The translations under genes were made by a program, and so were the position numbers. Source: Thermofilaceae archaeon (GTDB lineage: Archaea > Thermoproteota > Thermoprotei > Thermofilales > Thermofilaceae). From it: a DNA stretch of 64,000 nt. Every line of letters starts with the position of its first letter. Within the stretch, counting starts at the first letter, position 1. Where the stretch lies: assembly GCA_038861545.1 (NCBI GenBank), contig JAWCCZ010000003.1, positions 64,001 through 128,000 of the forward strand. Reading direction: 5' to 3'. Positions 28,941 to 36,923 of the stretch are shown piece by piece. The notes beneath the pieces were generated by a model. The model was not told where the DNA came from. It was given only the letters and a program-made list of their open reading frames with translations, and searched no databases.

Positions 28941-29602
28941 GAAAGTCTCACCACAACTTCCCTAACTATGTCGCACGAGTCTTCGCACGAGTCTGCAGCG
29001 TTTTCTAGCGCATTTAGAGCCTCATAAAGTAGAACAACTATAGATGCAGGTAAGCTGGGAGTTGAAGTGGAGAGGTATTCTCTATCTTCAGCATATATTG
29101 CATCGATTTCTTCTTCCAGTTTCTCAACTTCATCAGCGGTGTCTAAAGCCTTCAATGGAGTAGTGTGCAGGAGCCTTACAGCTTCAAATGTTTTTTCGGT
29201 AATTGACTCAAGCCTCAATCCCATACTCATGTATAATTTCCTGACATCTATCGGAATATCGAATCGTCCTAAAATTAATAGTATCCTAGCGGCTTCAAGC
29301 GACCAGTCGGCAATACGGTCAAGCCGGCCCATTAATCGCAACAGGAAGGTACGTTCAACTGCATCCATTTCCCCCCCACCAGCCAATAACCTGGCAGTCT
29401 GTCTCCTGATCACGTCAGCTGCTTTCTCGAAGCTTTTTACGCTATTGTATCCAGCTTCAAAGTTGTCTTTCTCTTTCATCCAAGCTTCTAAGAGTTTTCT
29501 AAGCTCTTTTACGCATCTGAGCACTTCGTCCATATGTTGTTCCAACAATCGCAAGGCCCTTTCCCTTCTCCGTAAACCGAACCATTCCGATACACTACTC
29601 AT
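28934..29602 (-). CDS. DUF47 / PhoU-like phosphate transport regulator
   Basis: EKAADVIRR, LDRIAD, LEEEID, LENAADSCED. Confidence 0.88.
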   Translation of the reverse strand: MSSVSEWFGLRRRERALRLLEQHMDEVLRCVKELRKLLEAWMKEKDNFEAGYNSVKSFEKAADVIRRQTARLLAGGGEMDAVERTFLLRLMGRLDRIADWSLEAARILLILGRFDIPIDVRKLYMSMGLRLESITEKTFEAVRLLHTTPLKALDTADEVEKLEEEIDAIYAEDREYLSTSTPSLPASIVVLLYEALNALENAADSCEDSCDIVREVVVRLSW

Positions 29603-30665
29603 ACTTTATCGCCTCAGCAAGACCTTCAGCTGGCATTGGGAAAACTATAGCATCTTCGGGCTTAAACGAAAGTCTTACTGTAACACCTATATCAACCCTT
29701 TCTGGTGCCTTTACCACCAGGCGTCCACCATGCTTCATCTTAATCACATATTTGTAAAGCTTGCCGAGAAATTCACGTGTCTCAACGATGCCTGACAGTA
29801 TTCCTTCTCGGTCAAACCGCAATTTTTCGGGTCTAACCACTAATATAACATCTCCATGCTCGATTTCTCCAGCAGCTTTGACAATCGCCGAGTTTACTTC
29901 TAGAATTACACTGGATCCGTTCCGGCCAACTGCTTTGCATTCTATGAAGTTGTTTTCACCTCCAACGAACCTAGCTACAAAAAGAGTTTTAGGCTTGAGG
30001 TATAGTTCTAGAGGCGTTCCTACTTGTTCGATTCTTCCTTTTCTCATTACTGCTACTTTATCTGCTACGGCCATTGCCTCTTCTTGGTTATGTGTTACGT
30101 GAATTACTGTTAACCCTAAACTTTTAGCCAGACTCCTAACTTCATGTCTTAATGTTGCCGCCGTTTTCGGATCCATTGATCCGTAAGGTTCATCCATCAG
30201 CAGCAATCTAGCTCCCGAGGCTAGGGCCCTGGCTATAGCGACCTTTTGTTGTTCACCTAAACTGAGTTCACGCGGGAGGCTCTTAGCCCTCAGCTCCATG
30301 TTAAGGGCTGAGAGAGTTTCTCTTATTATTTTCTCGAGGTTACCTGGCTGTCTAAGAAAGGCAGCATAAGCAACATTCCCCCGAACGCTCATGTGTGGAA
30401 AAAGAGCGATTTCTTGGAAAATTAATCCCACTCCTCTTTCTTCCGGCGGAAGATCATTGACCTTCCTATTAAAGATGATGATATCACCGCTGTCAGGAGT
30501 CTCTAATCCAATGATACACTTTAGTAAAGTGCTTTTACCTGAACCGCTTGGCCCAATTATGGCTGCATATTCTCCTTTGTTTATAGTGAGGGAAACCTTA
30601 TCAAGCGCTACTATATTTTGGAATTTCTTACTTATGTTAACAGCTTTTACAGCAATTTCACTCAA
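29595..30665 (-). CDS. ABC transporter ATP-binding protein with TOBE domain
   Basis: GPSGSGKS, LSLGEQQ, LLMDEP, VTHNQEEA; TTG start at 30665 preferred over 30746. Confidence 0.93.
   Translation of the reverse strand: MSEIAVKAVNISKKFQNIVALDKVSLTINKGEYAAIIGPSGSGKSTLLKCIIGLETPDSGDIIIFNRKVNDLPPEERGVGLIFQEIALFPHMSVRGNVAYAAFLRQPGNLEKIIRETLSALNMELRAKSLPRELSLGEQQKVAIARALASGARLLLMDEPYGSMDPKTAATLRHEVRSLAKSLGLTVIHVTHNQEEAMAVADKVAVMRKGRIEQVGTPLELYLKPKTLFVARFVGGENNFIECKAVGRNGSSVILEVNSAIVKAAGEIEHGDVILVVRPEKLRFDREGILSGIVETREFLGKLYKYVIKMKHGGRLVVKAPERVDIGVTVRLSFKPEDAIVFPMPAEGLAEAIKYE
30012..30143. repeat. 132-bp identical direct repeat, copy 1 (inside first ABC ATPase)
   Basis: aggcgttcctacttgttcg...gactcctaacttc identical to 31075-31206. 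Confidence 0.9.
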
Positions 30666-31743
30666 TTGTATCACCCAACTCCGAGGGAATATACTCGAAT
30701 ACAGGAATATAGTTAGGTAGAACCAATCCAACTTCATCGTGGACATGCAAATCTAAGCGCGGTTCTGAATCCACAATAAGGGTAGTATCATTTATCTCGA
30801 CCCATACTCTAAGTATTGAACCCATATATGATATTTCCTTAATTCTCCCTTTAACGTCGCCTTCTCGGCTTATTTTGATAGCCTCAGGTCTTATAGCTAC
30901 GAGGATCCTGGTACCAGGACTCAAATCTTTATGAAAGACCTTTACGTGCCCTATTCCCTCTACTTCAGCTATACCTGAATTCTCTTCTGCATTAATAAGA
31001 AGACCAGGAAGTAAGTTTGCATTTGAAACGAATCTCGCCACATAGGGGTTTACAGGATTAAAGTATACTTCTTCAGGCGTTCCTACTTGTTCGATTCTTC
31101 CTTTTCTCATTACTGCTACTTTATCTGCTACGGCCATTGCCTCTTCTTGGTTATGTGTTACGTGAATTACTGTTAACCCTAAACTTTTAGCCAGACTCCT
31201 AACTTCTCCTCTAACCTCTAAAGTTAACACGGCATCAAGAGCGGAAAGCGGTTCATCCAAAAGCAACAGTCTAGCTCCAGATGCTAAAGCTCTAGCTAAA
31301 GCTACTCTCTGTCTTTGGCCCCCTGATAGTTGATGGGGATAACTACCTGCCCTGCTCAGTAATCCCACAAGCTCTAATGCCTCCCTTACCCTGGGTTCTA
31401 TAACACTTCGAGGGTAACCCTTAATCCATAGGCCATAGGCTACATTATCCCACACAGTCATGTGAGGAAAAAGCGCGTATCCTGGAGGCATGTAACCAAC
31501 ATTTCGGTCTTCCGGTGAGCTTTCTACTACACTCTTGCCGTCAAACAATATATCACCGCTGTCAGGTTTTATAATACCAGCTAAGCATTTCAACAGCGTA
31601 CTTCTACCTGAGCCAATAGGGCCTAGTACAACAAAATACTCGTTACTTAGCACCTCAAAGGTCACCCCATTTAATGCTCCTATAAGTCCGTACTTTTTAT
31701 GAAGATCCCTTACTGTTACGCTAACTCCCATCACGACCTTCAA
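30658..31743 (-). CDS. ABC transporter ATP-binding protein with TOBE domain
   Basis: GPIGSGRS (Walker A Lys replaced by Arg), LSGGQRQR, LLLDEP, VTHNQEEA. Confidence 0.93.
   Translation of the reverse strand: MKVVMGVSVTVRDLHKKYGLIGALNGVTFEVLSNEYFVVLGPIGSGRSTLLKCLAGIIKPDSGDILFDGKSVVESSPEDRNVGYMPPGYALFPHMTVWDNVAYGLWIKGYPRSVIEPRVREALELVGLLSRAGSYPHQLSGGQRQRVALARALASGARLLLLDEPLSALDAVLTLEVRGEVRSLAKSLGLTVIHVTHNQEEAMAVADKVAVMRKGRIEQVGTPEEVYFNPVNPYVARFVSNANLLPGLLINAEENSGIAEVEGIGHVKVFHKDLSPGTRILVAIRPEAIKISREGDVKGRIKEISYMGSILRVWVEINDTTLIVDSEPRLDLHVHDEVGLVLPNYIPVFEYIPSELGDTIE
31075..31206. repeat. 132-bp identical direct repeat, copy 2 (inside second ABC ATPase)
   Basis: Identical to 30012-30143. Confidence 0.9.
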
Positions 31744-31844
31744 GACAAAGGGTCTTCCCCCTTTTCAAATAAAATCATCTTTACATAATATATGTAGTTT
31801 ATAATAAATAATTACTTTTTCTGATAGTTAAAGGACGTACCTAG

Positions 31845-31947
31845 AGCCCCGGCCGGGGTTTGAACCCGGGTTCTCCGGCTCTCTTCGCCTCAGCTTGCAC
31901 TACGGGCTTACAAGGCCGGCGCTTTAACCAGGCTAAGCTACCGGGGC
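31845..31947 (-). tRNA. tRNA-Thr(UGU) with 28-nt canonical intron (31881-31908)
   Basis: Acceptor GCCCCGG/CCGGGGC, U73, anticodon arm CCGGC-CT-TGT-A^A-GCCGG. Confidence 0.93.
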
Positions 31948-32037
31948 TGTGTGTTTATTCTTTCACTCAACTGGCTTTTAAGCGTTTCATGTATACATAC
32001 CCGGTAAATTTAAAAATACAGAGGTTGTTCAGCCTGC

Positions 32038-32487
32038 GTGCCACGTTGGAGGTACTCAGTGCTATTGGATCCCGCTAGGACGGCTATAGCATCAGGACGC
32101 GACCTCAGAGTCTCGTATAAGGATACCGTAGAGGTATTGAATGCGATTCGAGGAAAGACGCTTGAGGAGGCAGAAAAAGTACTGAACGATGTAATAAATA
32201 CAAAGAAGCCTTTACCCTATAGGCGATTCAATAAAAAAGTAGGGCATAAGAGGGCTATTAGTTCTGGTCGTTTTCCAGTGAAGGCAGCTAATGTTGTACT
32301 CAAGGTACTCAAAAATGCCGAGGCTAACGCTGAGTATAAAGGCCTTGATACTGCTAGGCTGTGGGTGGTGCATGCGGCTGCTCACAAGGGGTCGAAGATA
32401 AAAGGGTACATGCCTAGAGCTTTCGGGCGAGCCACGCCATGGTTCGAACAGTTGGTGCATATAGAGATAGGCCTTGAAGAGCGGTGA
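32038..32487 (+). CDS. rpl22: 50S ribosomal protein L22
   Basis: GRFPVKAA, NAEANAEYKGLD, PRAFGRATP. Confidence 0.97.
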   Translation: MPRWRYSVLLDPARTAIASGRDLRVSYKDTVEVLNAIRGKTLEEAEKVLNDVINTKKPLPYRRFNKKVGHKRAISSGRFPVKAANVVLKVLKNAEANAEYKGLDTARLWVVHAAAHKGSKIKGYMPRAFGRATPWFEQLVHIEIGLEER

Positions 32488-32493
32488 TCAACG

Positions 32494-33072
32494 ATGACCG
32501 TAGCTAAGTCCTTCCTTCAGAAAGGGTTGCAGTACATGGAACTGAGCGTTTTCCTAGCTAGAAGGTTAATTCATGCAGGTTATGTAGATGTTCAATTATT
32601 CAAGACACCTATAGGGACTAGAGTTGTTGTGTTAGCTGAAAGGCCTGCCGTAGTTATAGGTAGAAGAGGAGCGAGCGTTAAGGAATTGCAAGAAATCCTC
32701 CAGAAAAAATTTGGGATAGATAACCCCCAGATAGATGTGGTTGAAGTAGCTAACCCTGATCTAAATGCCAAAATAGTTGCATACGGTATTGCCAGGGCTA
32801 TGGCCAGAGGAGTCAAGTTTAGGAGGGCAGCTTTAGTGGCGATTAGAAGGGTTATGGAGGCTGGCGCAAGAGGAATAGAAGTTGTAATCAGTGGTAAACT
32901 TTCTTCCCAGAGAGCGAGGTTTGAGAAATATACTGCCGGGGTAGTGTACAAATCAGGAATGCCTGGTGAATCTATCGATGAGGCGGTAATACACGTACTC
33001 CTAAAACCTGGGATATACGGAGTTAAAGTCAGAATAGCGGCACCCGAAGCTCCTATAACTGTTAAAGCTTAG
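32494..33072 (+). CDS. rps3: 30S ribosomal protein S3
   Basis: KTPIGTRV, VIGRRG KH domain, GIEVVISGKL, KPGIYGVKVRI. Confidence 0.97.
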   Translation: MTVAKSFLQKGLQYMELSVFLARRLIHAGYVDVQLFKTPIGTRVVVLAERPAVVIGRRGASVKELQEILQKKFGIDNPQIDVVEVANPDLNAKIVAYGIARAMARGVKFRRAALVAIRRVMEAGARGIEVVISGKLSSQRARFEKYTAGVVYKSGMPGESIDEAVIHVLLKPGIYGVKVRIAAPEAPITVKA

Positions 33073-33078
33073 TGGGGT

Positions 33079-33291
33079 GTGAATATGAAACTGCTTCCAC
33101 CTAATGAGATAAGGAGTATGAACGGTGAGGAGAGAAAACGTCGTCTGGAAGAATTAAGAGCCGAGCTTATGCGACTTAGAGCGCAGGCTGCCAGAGGTAC
33201 ACTTGAAAACCCAGCTAGAATTAAAGAAATTAGAAAAGCTATAGCTAGGATTTTGACGATAGAGCGGGAAACAAAGAATCATGGGGCGTAG
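33079..33291 (+). CDS. rpl29: 50S ribosomal protein L29
   Basis: ENPARIKEIRKAIARILT. Confidence 0.96.
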   Translation: MNMKLLPPNEIRSMNGEERKRRLEELRAELMRLRAQAARGTLENPARIKEIRKAIARILTIERETKNHGA

Positions 33292-33562
33292 TCCTAGTAA
33301 CATTCTTAATCACGAGCTTATAGGTCTTAAAGTTTCAATTATTGGAAGCCGGAATCCCAGTCAGGTCGGTTTAACTGGTATCGTAGTGGATGAGACAATG
33401 AAGACCCTGGTTTTAGAAACATTTAATGGAAGAAAGAGAGTCTTAAAAGAGGGTACTAGTTTCCTATTTTATCTTCCCGGCTGTGTAAAATTATCAGTCA
33501 ATGGAAGAGAGCTTATCGGAAGGCCTGAAGATAGGTTAAAGAAAAGAACAAAGTCATGGTAA
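33281..33562 (+). CDS. rnp1: Ribonuclease P protein component 1 (Rpp29)
   Basis: HELIGL, GIVVDET, GRPEDRLK; canonical position. Confidence 0.93.
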   Translation: MGRSPSNILNHELIGLKVSIIGSRNPSQVGLTGIVVDETMKTLVLETFNGRKRVLKEGTSFLFYLPGCVKLSVNGRELIGRPEDRLKKRTKSW

Positions 33563-33608
33563 AGCCATAGGTAGGTTTTAATATATTAGTTACAGAGGTT
33601 TTTCAGCT

Positions 33609-33944
33609 ATGAGTAAGGCAGCGCATAGGGATCTAGGTATTCCAGGTCTAAAACCCCCTGAGAAAGTATGTAGTGACCCACTATGTCCTTGGCATGGAGA
33701 GTTACCAGTTCGCGGGGTATTAATGGAGGTTAAAGTAGAGAAAGTAAAAGCGCATAAAATGGCCGTGGTAGTTCATGAGTACCCCTACTATGTCCCCAAA
33801 TACATGAGGTACGAGAAAAGAAGGAAGATGAAACATGTTCGAGTGCCACCGTGCATTGACATAAAACCAGGTGACCGCGTAGTGATCGGTGAAACTAGAC
33901 CCCTAGCAAAATCTATTTCTTTTGTAGTTTTAAGCAAGATTTAG
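33609..33944 (+). CDS. rps17: 30S ribosomal protein S17
   Basis: CSDPLCPWHG, KYMRYEKR, IGETRPLAKS. Confidence 0.97.
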   Translation: MSKAAHRDLGIPGLKPPEKVCSDPLCPWHGELPVRGVLMEVKVEKVKAHKMAVVVHEYPYYVPKYMRYEKRRKMKHVRVPPCIDIKPGDRVVIGETRPLAKSISFVVLSKI

Positions 33945-33956
33945 AGGTGGAATGCT

Positions 33957-34382
33957 ATGGCAAAACGTGGTGCCAAGGTTACAGGTGTTTCATATAGGTT
34001 TCATGTAACGCCGGGAATATTCATGGAGAGCCTAGTTAAGGTATCTGATAACTCTGGCGCTAGGTTAGCTAAGGTGATTGGAGTTTTAAAAACTAGGACA
34101 ACATGGCGTAGAATACCTGGAGCAGCTGTCGGCGACATGGTAGTTGTCTCCATAAGGGAGGCGAAGCCGGAGCTCAGGAAACAAATAATGCATGGAATTG
34201 TGATTAGGCAGCGGCGCCCTTATAGGCGGCCCGATGGTACCTGGATAGCATTTGAAGATAATGCGATAGTGCTTATAACCCCTGAAGGAGATCCTAAAGG
34301 AAGCGAAATTCATGGTCCTGTAGCTAGAGAAGCTATTGAGCGTTGGCCAAGGTTAGCCACAATGGCTACCATTATAGTTTAA
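33957..34382 (+). CDS. rpl14: 50S ribosomal protein L14
   Basis: DNSGAR, RRPDG..IAFEDNA, GPVARE. Confidence 0.97.
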   Translation: MAKRGAKVTGVSYRFHVTPGIFMESLVKVSDNSGARLAKVIGVLKTRTTWRRIPGAAVGDMVVVSIREAKPELRKQIMHGIVIRQRRPYRRPDGTWIAFEDNAIVLITPEGDPKGSEIHGPVAREAIERWPRLATMATIIV

Positions 34383-35035
34383 CGTACTCGTTCACTCAAA
34401 GTTAAATGAATATTGAAGAGCTCCTCCTCGTAAGAAGGTAGTTCATTTAAAAAACATTTTAATTTATATAAAGGTACAAGTGCAACCCCCTCAAAAATTT
34501 TTACATCACCTTCGTGGAGGTTAACTAAAGCAGGAATAATTTTGGCTTTGTCCCATCCCTCAGTAAACCCACGAAGAGAATGAATCGATGTTAATCTCTT
34601 CGCCAGTATCTCACACTTTAACTTCTGCTGCCTTGCCGCAGTTTTTAAACCGCCAAGCCTTAATCTAGTCCAACGCTTACATTCAACAGCTAGTATACGA
34701 GGGTAATTGAAAGCCACTACATCAATTTCAAAAATCCTCTTCTCTCTTTTAAGTCGAACATGGGTCAGTGCTCTGAATCCATACTCAGCTAGTGCCTTGG
34801 CACATAGGATCTCGAAGTCCTTCCACTCTGCTTTTAAAGCTAGCCTGACTGGGTCAAATCCTCTTTTCCAGCATGCAAGCAAAAGGTCGGCAGCATCAAC
34901 TACTACAACTTGATCCTCGTTAAACCTTACCGGGAAGCCGTTTAAAAGGTCTACCAGTAGATCCCTTGTGAGTCCTGTGCATCCTTCTAAATAGGCCAGA
35001 TGCACTGTTTTTCGTTTTAAGATTTCTGTTAGCAT
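34379..35035 (-). CDS. PD-(D/E)xK restriction-endonuclease-like (Mrr-cat) protein
   Basis: WKDFE, FEIDVVA, VECKRW. Start reassigned to ATG 35035 because the longer ORF runs through tRNA-Ile. Confidence 0.75.
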   Translation of the reverse strand: MLTEILKRKTVHLAYLEGCTGLTRDLLVDLLNGFPVRFNEDQVVVVDAADLLLACWKRGFDPVRLALKAEWKDFEILCAKALAEYGFRALTHVRLKREKRIFEIDVVAFNYPRILAVECKRWTRLRLGGLKTAARQQKLKCEILAKRLTSIHSLRGFTEGWDKAKIIPALVNLHEGDVKIFEGVALVPLYKLKCFLNELPSYEEELFNIHLTLSERVR

Positions 35036-35145
35036 AAGGTATACTAGCTCGGTTATCACGTAACAAACATGGTAAGCAGGATAAAGATTTAGCGCACTGC
35101 ATACAATAAGTATTATAATCCCCTCTATTCCGGCATAAATGATAA

Positions 35146-35241
35146 GGGCCCGTGGCCTAGCCTGGTCATGGCATCCGGCTGATAACCGGAGATCGTAAGT
35201 TGGAAACCGGGGGGTCCCGGGTTCAAATCCCGGCGGGCCCA
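35146..35241 (+). tRNA. tRNA-Ile(GAU) with 21-nt intron (37/38: 35185-35205, or 44/45: 35192-35212)
   Basis: Acceptor GGGCCCG/CGGGCCC, TCCGG-CT-GAT-AA, TTCAAAT T-loop. Confidence 0.92.
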
Positions 35242-35313
35242 CTATAAGGTCGTTTTTCCTATAGGAATTGAATAGCAGAAGAAGTTCTTATTTGAACCAA
35301 AACAATTTTATGT

Positions 35314-36321
35314 TCAATTGAGCTTTGTTCTGAAAAGTTCATATATACTGTGCAGTAACAAATCACCCATCTCGCGTGGAACACGTACCGCAGCTGCTTT
35401 GCTAAGACCTCCACCACCGCCACCCAGCTTAGAAACCACTGAAGAAAGTTCTTGTAGGGCATTAAACTCAATCATATGCGGCACACGACACGTAGCAACT
35501 GTCTCACGGTTATTAGGGGAAAATATTACAACTGTAACTTTCTTTTTTTCACGGGCAATCCTGGAAGCAATATGTCCAGCTAAGCCGCCAAGTTTAATCT
35601 CTCTGGCATCGATTATTAACCCTTTTTCTAAATCTACTACTATCTTCTCTTTAACATGGGCCATCTTATGGGCGAGCAGTTTTTCAAACTCTTCGGCCTT
35701 AATGGCGACTTCGTCGTCAATCAACTTTTGCTCGTCAACCCACATTTTAACGAGTTTACGTTTAAATTGCTCTTTAGCAGAGGGAGCACTTAGAGCGGCC
35801 GCCACTCTATCAGCTACTACTGTTAATTCATCGTCTGCAATCACACCATCTGCAATTTCCCCTATTTTAGCAAGCTTAGCGAAAAACTCAGGATTTTCGG
35901 TTAATGGCACGAAGACTTCTCTAGTAAGCGTTGATGTAGAACCATTGCTAGTGTATAAAATTGAGACCCCTCTCATTAGAAGTTCTAGCGCCAATCTGGA
36001 CGTCGATACATGATGATCGATCCAAAGGATTCGGCATCCCTCGGATATCAACTTAGTGGTAGCGTTTATCGTCGAGCTCCACGTAGCTTCATCTATACCA
36101 AGGTCTGTTATCAAGAGGAGATTAGGAGGCATAGCAGCCAGCTCTGCCAGCTTTATGTACAGGTTATACGGTTGGGCTATAAGTAGCTCGATTCTTAACC
36201 CTTTCATTCTCCTTAACGCGGCAATTATAATCGCAGCTGAAGCTAAACCGTCAAGGTCACCGTGAGCTACTAGTACGGCTCGCGTGTAATCCATTACTCT
36301 CACTCTAGTAGGCACCTTCAA
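35314..36321 (-). CDS. DHH-family phosphoesterase
   Basis: HGDLDG, TDLG, WIDHH, C-terminal GGGG DHHA1-like motif. Confidence 0.88.
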   Translation of the reverse strand: MKVPTRVRVMDYTRAVLVAHGDLDGLASAAIIIAALRRMKGLRIELLIAQPYNLYIKLAELAAMPPNLLLITDLGIDEATWSSTINATTKLISEGCRILWIDHHVSTSRLALELLMRGVSILYTSNGSTSTLTREVFVPLTENPEFFAKLAKIGEIADGVIADDELTVVADRVAAALSAPSAKEQFKRKLVKMWVDEQKLIDDEVAIKAEEFEKLLAHKMAHVKEKIVVDLEKGLIIDAREIKLGGLAGHIASRIAREKKKVTVVIFSPNNRETVATCRVPHMIEFNALQELSSVVSKLGGGGGGLSKAAAVRVPREMGDLLLHSIYELFRTKLN

Positions 36322-36362
36322 AACAGCAAACTATAAAAACAGAACGTAAGAGCGCTATCGAA

Positions 36363-36923
36363 GTGTCTGAAAAAAATTTGGGACTATACTTGACTTTCAA
36401 GAGCAAGTATATGAAAAATATACTGAGGGGGACTAAGAAAACTACTGTTCGCCTAGGTATCATCAAGTCCCTTCATGATAGAGTCTTTATTGAATGCAGA
36501 GGTAAACTCTACGGTGAAGCAATTATAAAGAATTTACGTTATGTAGAGTTATCAAAGTTAAACGAAGATGATGCAATAAGGGATGGATTTAAAAATTTGA
36601 ATGAAATGATAGCTGATCTGAAAAGAATATATCCTTTTTTAAAGAAGAAAGATAAAATGACCATTATAGAATTTGAAGTCACTAAGATCTACTCACAGCC
36701 CATACCAAAGTCAGTATTAAACAGAGATCAGTCACGTATTGCCAAGCTTGCATTAGCATACTGGCCCCACTGGAGTAGCAAAGAAAGGAAAATACTGGCC
36801 GAGCTATCTGTCGGGAAAAGTATCGAAGAAATTGCAGTAGAAGATGAAGTGTCTATTGCCGAAGTTGTTAGTCTATTAAATTCTGTCAGTTCTAAACTTA
36901 GATCTATGGGACTTTCCACTTGA
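36363..36923 (+). CDS. ASCH domain protein with C-terminal HTH
   Basis: GTKKTTVR (GxKxxxxR), DAIRDGF; C-terminal SKERKIL...GKSIEEIA HTH-like segment. Confidence 0.8.
   Translation: MSEKNLGLYLTFKSKYMKNILRGTKKTTVRLGIIKSLHDRVFIECRGKLYGEAIIKNLRYVELSKLNEDDAIRDGFKNLNEMIADLKRIYPFLKKKDKMTIIEFEVTKIYSQPIPKSVLNRDQSRIAKLALAYWPHWSSKERKILAELSVGKSIEEIAVEDEVSIAEVVSLLNSVSSKLRSMGLST

Noticed and set aside
31881-31908. CTGA within the tRNA-Thr intron as an intron-encoded C/D RNA
   Set aside because: No matching box C (GTAGTGC lacks the GA) and the intron is too short.
31860-32078. 72-aa ORF (and likewise 55680..55874)
   Set aside because: Both overlap tRNA genes in antisense; spurious.
35036-35242. N-terminal extension of ORF 34379..35242 (MGPPGFEPGT...)
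   Set aside because: It is the antisense translation of tRNA-Ile; the real start is probably 35035.
35318-36013. Long antisense ORFs (231 aa here; also 29067..29795, 18438..18974, 19005..19514, 26820..27254)
   Set aside because: Ser/Ala-rich shadows of well-supported genes on the other strand, with no motifs of their own.
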